Source of the DNA: Candidatus Heimdallarchaeota archaeon
GTDB lineage: Archaea > Asgardarchaeota > Heimdallarchaeia > Hodarchaeales > Hodarchaeaceae
NCBI GenBank assembly: GCA_020353515.1
Contig: CP070695.1
Location: forward strand, 505,173-569,172
Direction of reading: 5' to 3'
DNA: 64,000 nt
Made by a program: the position numbers and the translations under genes. Numbering within the stretch: the first letter of the stretch is position 1; every line of letters starts with the position of its first letter. Under the pieces are notes generated by a model. The model did no database searches. It worked only from the letters and a program-made list of their open reading frames with translations, and was not told the DNA's origin. Positions 61,018-64,000 of the stretch are shown piece by piece.

Positions 61018-62847
61018 ATGCCCTACGAATTTACACCTTTTGGGGTCGTAATGGGGGCAGTAACTATTTTAGCTTTTGGAATTGCAGTTTATCCACTTAT
61101 ATTTCGTCCAAAATCACGCTTGATAGCTCATTTTGTCTTACTTATCAGTAGTAGTGTGATCTGGTGCCTTGGATACACTCTAGAGATCTTCGCTACTGAC
61201 CAGGTAACAAAATTGTTATGGGTTAGATTTGAATATATCGGAATAATGTTAATATCTCCCCTCTTTCTATTTTTTGTCTTAGTGTTCACACAACGCACTA
61301 AAATTGCTTCTAAACCGATTATGGGATTACTATTCTTCCCTCCACTTCTTCATTGGTTACTTCTTGCAACGAATGAATTTCACGGTCTATTTTATAATTC
61401 CATTACCCTAAATACGGAAGGACCACTTATAACATTAAACCTGGAATATGGACTTGCATTCTACAGTCACACTATCTATTCTTATCTCTTATTGGTATTT
61501 GCATTTTTCTTGCTTATTCGAACCTATCTAGATATCAAAGCTACTCTAGAGGGAAATACTCTTTTTCAAAAACAAATTTTAATTGTAGGTATTGGGACAA
61601 TTTTTCCCATTATAGGAAATATTATCCGGATCTTAAAAATCCCCCCCTTTACATTTATAGATCTTACCTCTGTTGCTTTTGTGATCTGTTATATTCTGTA
61701 TTTCTATGCACTATTTGAAATCGGGTTTTTGGATATTGTACCGTTCGCCCATCAGTATATTATTCGAAATTTAGCAGATATTGGGATAATAGCCACGACT
61801 ACAGATAATTTAATTGTAGATATCAACAAACCTGCTTGTCAATATATATTTGAAGCAGATTGCCCAAATATTATTGGAAGTAATCTCTTTTCAATACTGT
61901 ATTCTTTAAACAGGTTGAAACCATATCACGAAGGTATACACCGAATTGAGAACACATTACACGAAATGTCAGGTGAAATAATAGACTTTGAAATGGAATT
62001 CCTTGATTCCCCAGATCCTCGCGCCCAATCTTTTAAAATTACCCTCCAAGCATTACGAGATAAAGGGGAGATAATTGGTTACATCTACATCGTCCACAAT
62101 ATTTCCTTAGAGAAAGAAATGGAAATGTTACTCCGAAAAAATATCGATTTCAAAACCTCACTTTTAAGTGTCATCTCACATGATTTAAAAAATCAATTAA
62201 CGATAATCCAAGGTTTTACTGATATCTTAAGAAAAGAACTAGCTCCCATTCAGAACTTTGATGAATTGGTAGAATCGTTAGATGGGATCGAAGCTAAAGC
62301 AGTGCAAATGCAGGAAATTATTACTGATGTGAGAAGTTACTTAAAGACAATGGGATCCTTTGAAGAGGCTCAGTTAACATTTATTAACATCAAAGAGATA
62401 ATTAGTGAGGTCATTTCAGTCTTAGAACAAGCATCAACTGAAAAAAATCTAACAATCAACGTTACCTGGCCTTCAGAACCCAATATTTATACATTCGCGG
62501 ATATGCGCCTTCGTAGCGTCTTTAACAATATGATAGATAATGCGATTAAATGGAGTCCTCCAAATGATGTAATTGAAATTGTTGTGGCCAAAGAGAACCA
62601 GTTTTGGGTTTGTAGCATTAGTGATCATGGCCCGGGAGTCCCAGATGGCATTAAAGAGGAGATATTCAAACCATTTGTCAGTATTGGACCAGAAGGCAAA
62701 ATAGGTAGTGGTTTGGGTTTATCTATTAGCCGAGAAATACTACAATCTTACAAAAGCAAGATCTGGATAGAGGATGTCGAACCTCAAGGAGCAAGATTTG
62801 CATTCAAATTACTAATTGTGGAAAAAAAAGCGGTATTTGAGGATTAA
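61018..62847 (+). CDS. Sensor histidine kinase (7TM N-terminus, PAS-like, HisKA, HATPase)
   Basis: 7 TM segments; SHDLKNQL, NMIDNAIKW, DHGPG and GSGLGL motifs. Confidence 0.92.
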   Translation: MPYEFTPFGVVMGAVTILAFGIAVYPLIFRPKSRLIAHFVLLISSSVIWCLGYTLEIFATDQVTKLLWVRFEYIGIMLISPLFLFFVLVFTQRTKIASKPIMGLLFFPPLLHWLLLATNEFHGLFYNSITLNTEGPLITLNLEYGLAFYSHTIYSYLLLVFAFFLLIRTYLDIKATLEGNTLFQKQILIVGIGTIFPIIGNIIRILKIPPFTFIDLTSVAFVICYILYFYALFEIGFLDIVPFAHQYIIRNLADIGIIATTTDNLIVDINKPACQYIFEADCPNIIGSNLFSILYSLNRLKPYHEGIHRIENTLHEMSGEIIDFEMEFLDSPDPRAQSFKITLQALRDKGEIIGYIYIVHNISLEKEMEMLLRKNIDFKTSLLSVISHDLKNQLTIIQGFTDILRKELAPIQNFDELVESLDGIEAKAVQMQEIITDVRSYLKTMGSFEEAQLTFINIKEIISEVISVLEQASTEKNLTINVTWPSEPNIYTFADMRLRSVFNNMIDNAIKWSPPNDVIEIVVAKENQFWVCSISDHGPGVPDGIKEEIFKPFVSIGPEGKIGSGLGLSISREILQSYKSKIWIEDVEPQGARFAFKLLIVEKKAVFED

Positions 62848-62850
62848 AGA

Positions 62851-63711
62851 TCACACATTGTTAATTAAAAATCGAGATAATAAAACCCCAGTCATAGCTT
62901 GACGATAGTTTTTATTAGATCTAACGTCATCTATAGGAACACATTCCGTTTGAATTAGGTCGTGAGCTTCATCAATCAATTTTTGTGTAAGTATCTTGTT
63001 TTTGAGTAGATTCTCTGTCTTTTTTCCACGAACAACGGTAGGGGAAACAGCCCCGAGTGCTATTCGGATTTCTTCTATTTCATTTCCTTTATTTGGTTGT
63101 AGCATTTCAACTCCAACTGATACAACATTACATGATAAAGCTTGACGTTGACGAAGTGTAAGATAATCACCTACAAAATTTGGAAGTTTAGGTACACTAA
63201 TTTTTGTCACGATTCCCGAAGAATCCAATCCAATGAAACCTGGTCCTGTTATAAATTCTTCAATTGGTACTGTTGTGGTTTGATCCTGTGTTTGAATCTC
63301 TATTATTGCATTCCGACAATAAAGAATGGGGAGTGAATCCGCAGCAGGGCTTGCATGACACATATTACCAGCAATTGTCCCCGTATTTCGGATCTGGGGT
63401 GATCCGATATATGATACCGCTTTAGCTAGAGCAGGAATATGTGATTGTATAAGTGGATGATTAGATATTTCAGAATGAGTCATTAAGGGGCCTATCTCAA
63501 TTGTATCAGGTGTTTCTCTAACAAAATGAAGTGCTTGGATTTTATTAAGGTCTAGAAGCGATGGTTGTTCTCCCCAATCAACTCGATTATTCCGAATACT
63601 CACGAGAACATCAGTTCCTCCAGCAAGAGGATGTATATTTGCTCCAAAGGTGGCTTTTAATTCTAACGCTTCTTCTAAACTCACGGGTGAATGAACATTA
63701 AATTTGTACAT
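62851..63711 (-). CDS. Second xanthine dehydrogenase family FAD-binding subunit
   Basis: AGGTD, GSPQIRNTGTIAGN, ASPAAD and PIDDVRS..YR motifs; ATG at 63711. Confidence 0.92.
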   Translation of the reverse strand: MYKFNVHSPVSLEEALELKATFGANIHPLAGGTDVLVSIRNNRVDWGEQPSLLDLNKIQALHFVRETPDTIEIGPLMTHSEISNHPLIQSHIPALAKAVSYIGSPQIRNTGTIAGNMCHASPAADSLPILYCRNAIIEIQTQDQTTTVPIEEFITGPGFIGLDSSGIVTKISVPKLPNFVGDYLTLRQRQALSCNVVSVGVEMLQPNKGNEIEEIRIALGAVSPTVVRGKKTENLLKNKILTQKLIDEAHDLIQTECVPIDDVRSNKNYRQAMTGVLLSRFLINNV

Positions 63712-63718
63712 AGTTTCT

Positions 63719-64000
63719 TTACCTGTCCTTATTCTGAACATCAATTATTTCGGCTGCTATAGAAATTGCAATTTCTTCTGGAGTTTGACTCCTTATTGGG
63801 ACTCCAATAGGTGCATGCACCCTTTCTAAAAGGCTGGGATCAATCCCTTGTGATTCTAAGCGATTAAAGATCTCTTTAACCTTTCTTTTACTCCCAATCA
63901 TCCCTAGATATTTCCAAGTTTGTAATTCCTGTTGGCGTGTTGATAAAAGGTATTTCAAAATTCGTTCATCTAATTCATGAGAATAAGTGATAATAATAAT
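63719..64000 (-). CDS. xdhC: XdhC/CoxI molybdenum-hydroxylase accessory protein, C-terminal part; 5' end lies outside the window
   Basis: TYSHELD, YLGMIGSKRK and HAPIG...TPEEIAISIAAEII motifs. Confidence 0.9.
   Translation of the reverse strand: MIIITYSHELDERILKYLLSTRQQELQTWKYLGMIGSKRKVKEIFNRLESQGIDPSLLERVHAPIGVPIRSQTPEEIAISIAAEIIDVQNKDR

Overview
AT-rich, gene-dense archaeal chromosomal window. Archaeal TATA/BRE promoters, GGAGGTGA ribosome-binding sites, frequent TTG starts, and the TPR, NosD/beta-helix and C-terminally anchored surface proteins point to an Asgard archaeon, probably Heimdallarchaeia/Hodarchaeales-like; this is an inference, not a marker-gene call. Most genes are heterotrophic metabolism: a non-pyrrolysine MttB, an Ldh2-family dehydrogenase, a prpB-prpC-prpD-prpE methylcitrate cluster, MeaB, SurE, an acyl-CoA ligase, M20/M28 peptidases, a cyclic amidohydrolase, a hydantoin racemase, a PLP decarboxylase, an ABC exporter, and xanthine-dehydrogenase-family modules with MocA/MoaD/XdhC. 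I recognised no tRNA, rRNA, CRISPR array, integrase or transposase. Four features stand out. (1) A ~6.2 kb integrase-free cassette (about 29.3-35.6 kb) is bounded by two diverged copies (102/130 nt, offset 6220) of the amidohydrolase gene's 5' end. It encodes a membrane-tethered wHTH regulator between two surface proteins whose promoters share a GTTGYA-N6-TACAAC palindrome just upstream of a TATA-like box. (2) An 88-aa protein has a beta-thymosin/WH2-like N-terminus fused to a nested double Zn-finger, and lies behind a strongly structured, switch-like 5' leader. (3) A P2-scaffold P-type ATPase has lost its TM4/TM6 cation ligands and carries Ile at the SERCA E309 position (PINI, compare the flippase motif PISL). 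(4) Smaller oddities include likely ACG/ATA start codons, a PrpC with a catalytic His->Asn change, a capped MoaD and several gene remnants.
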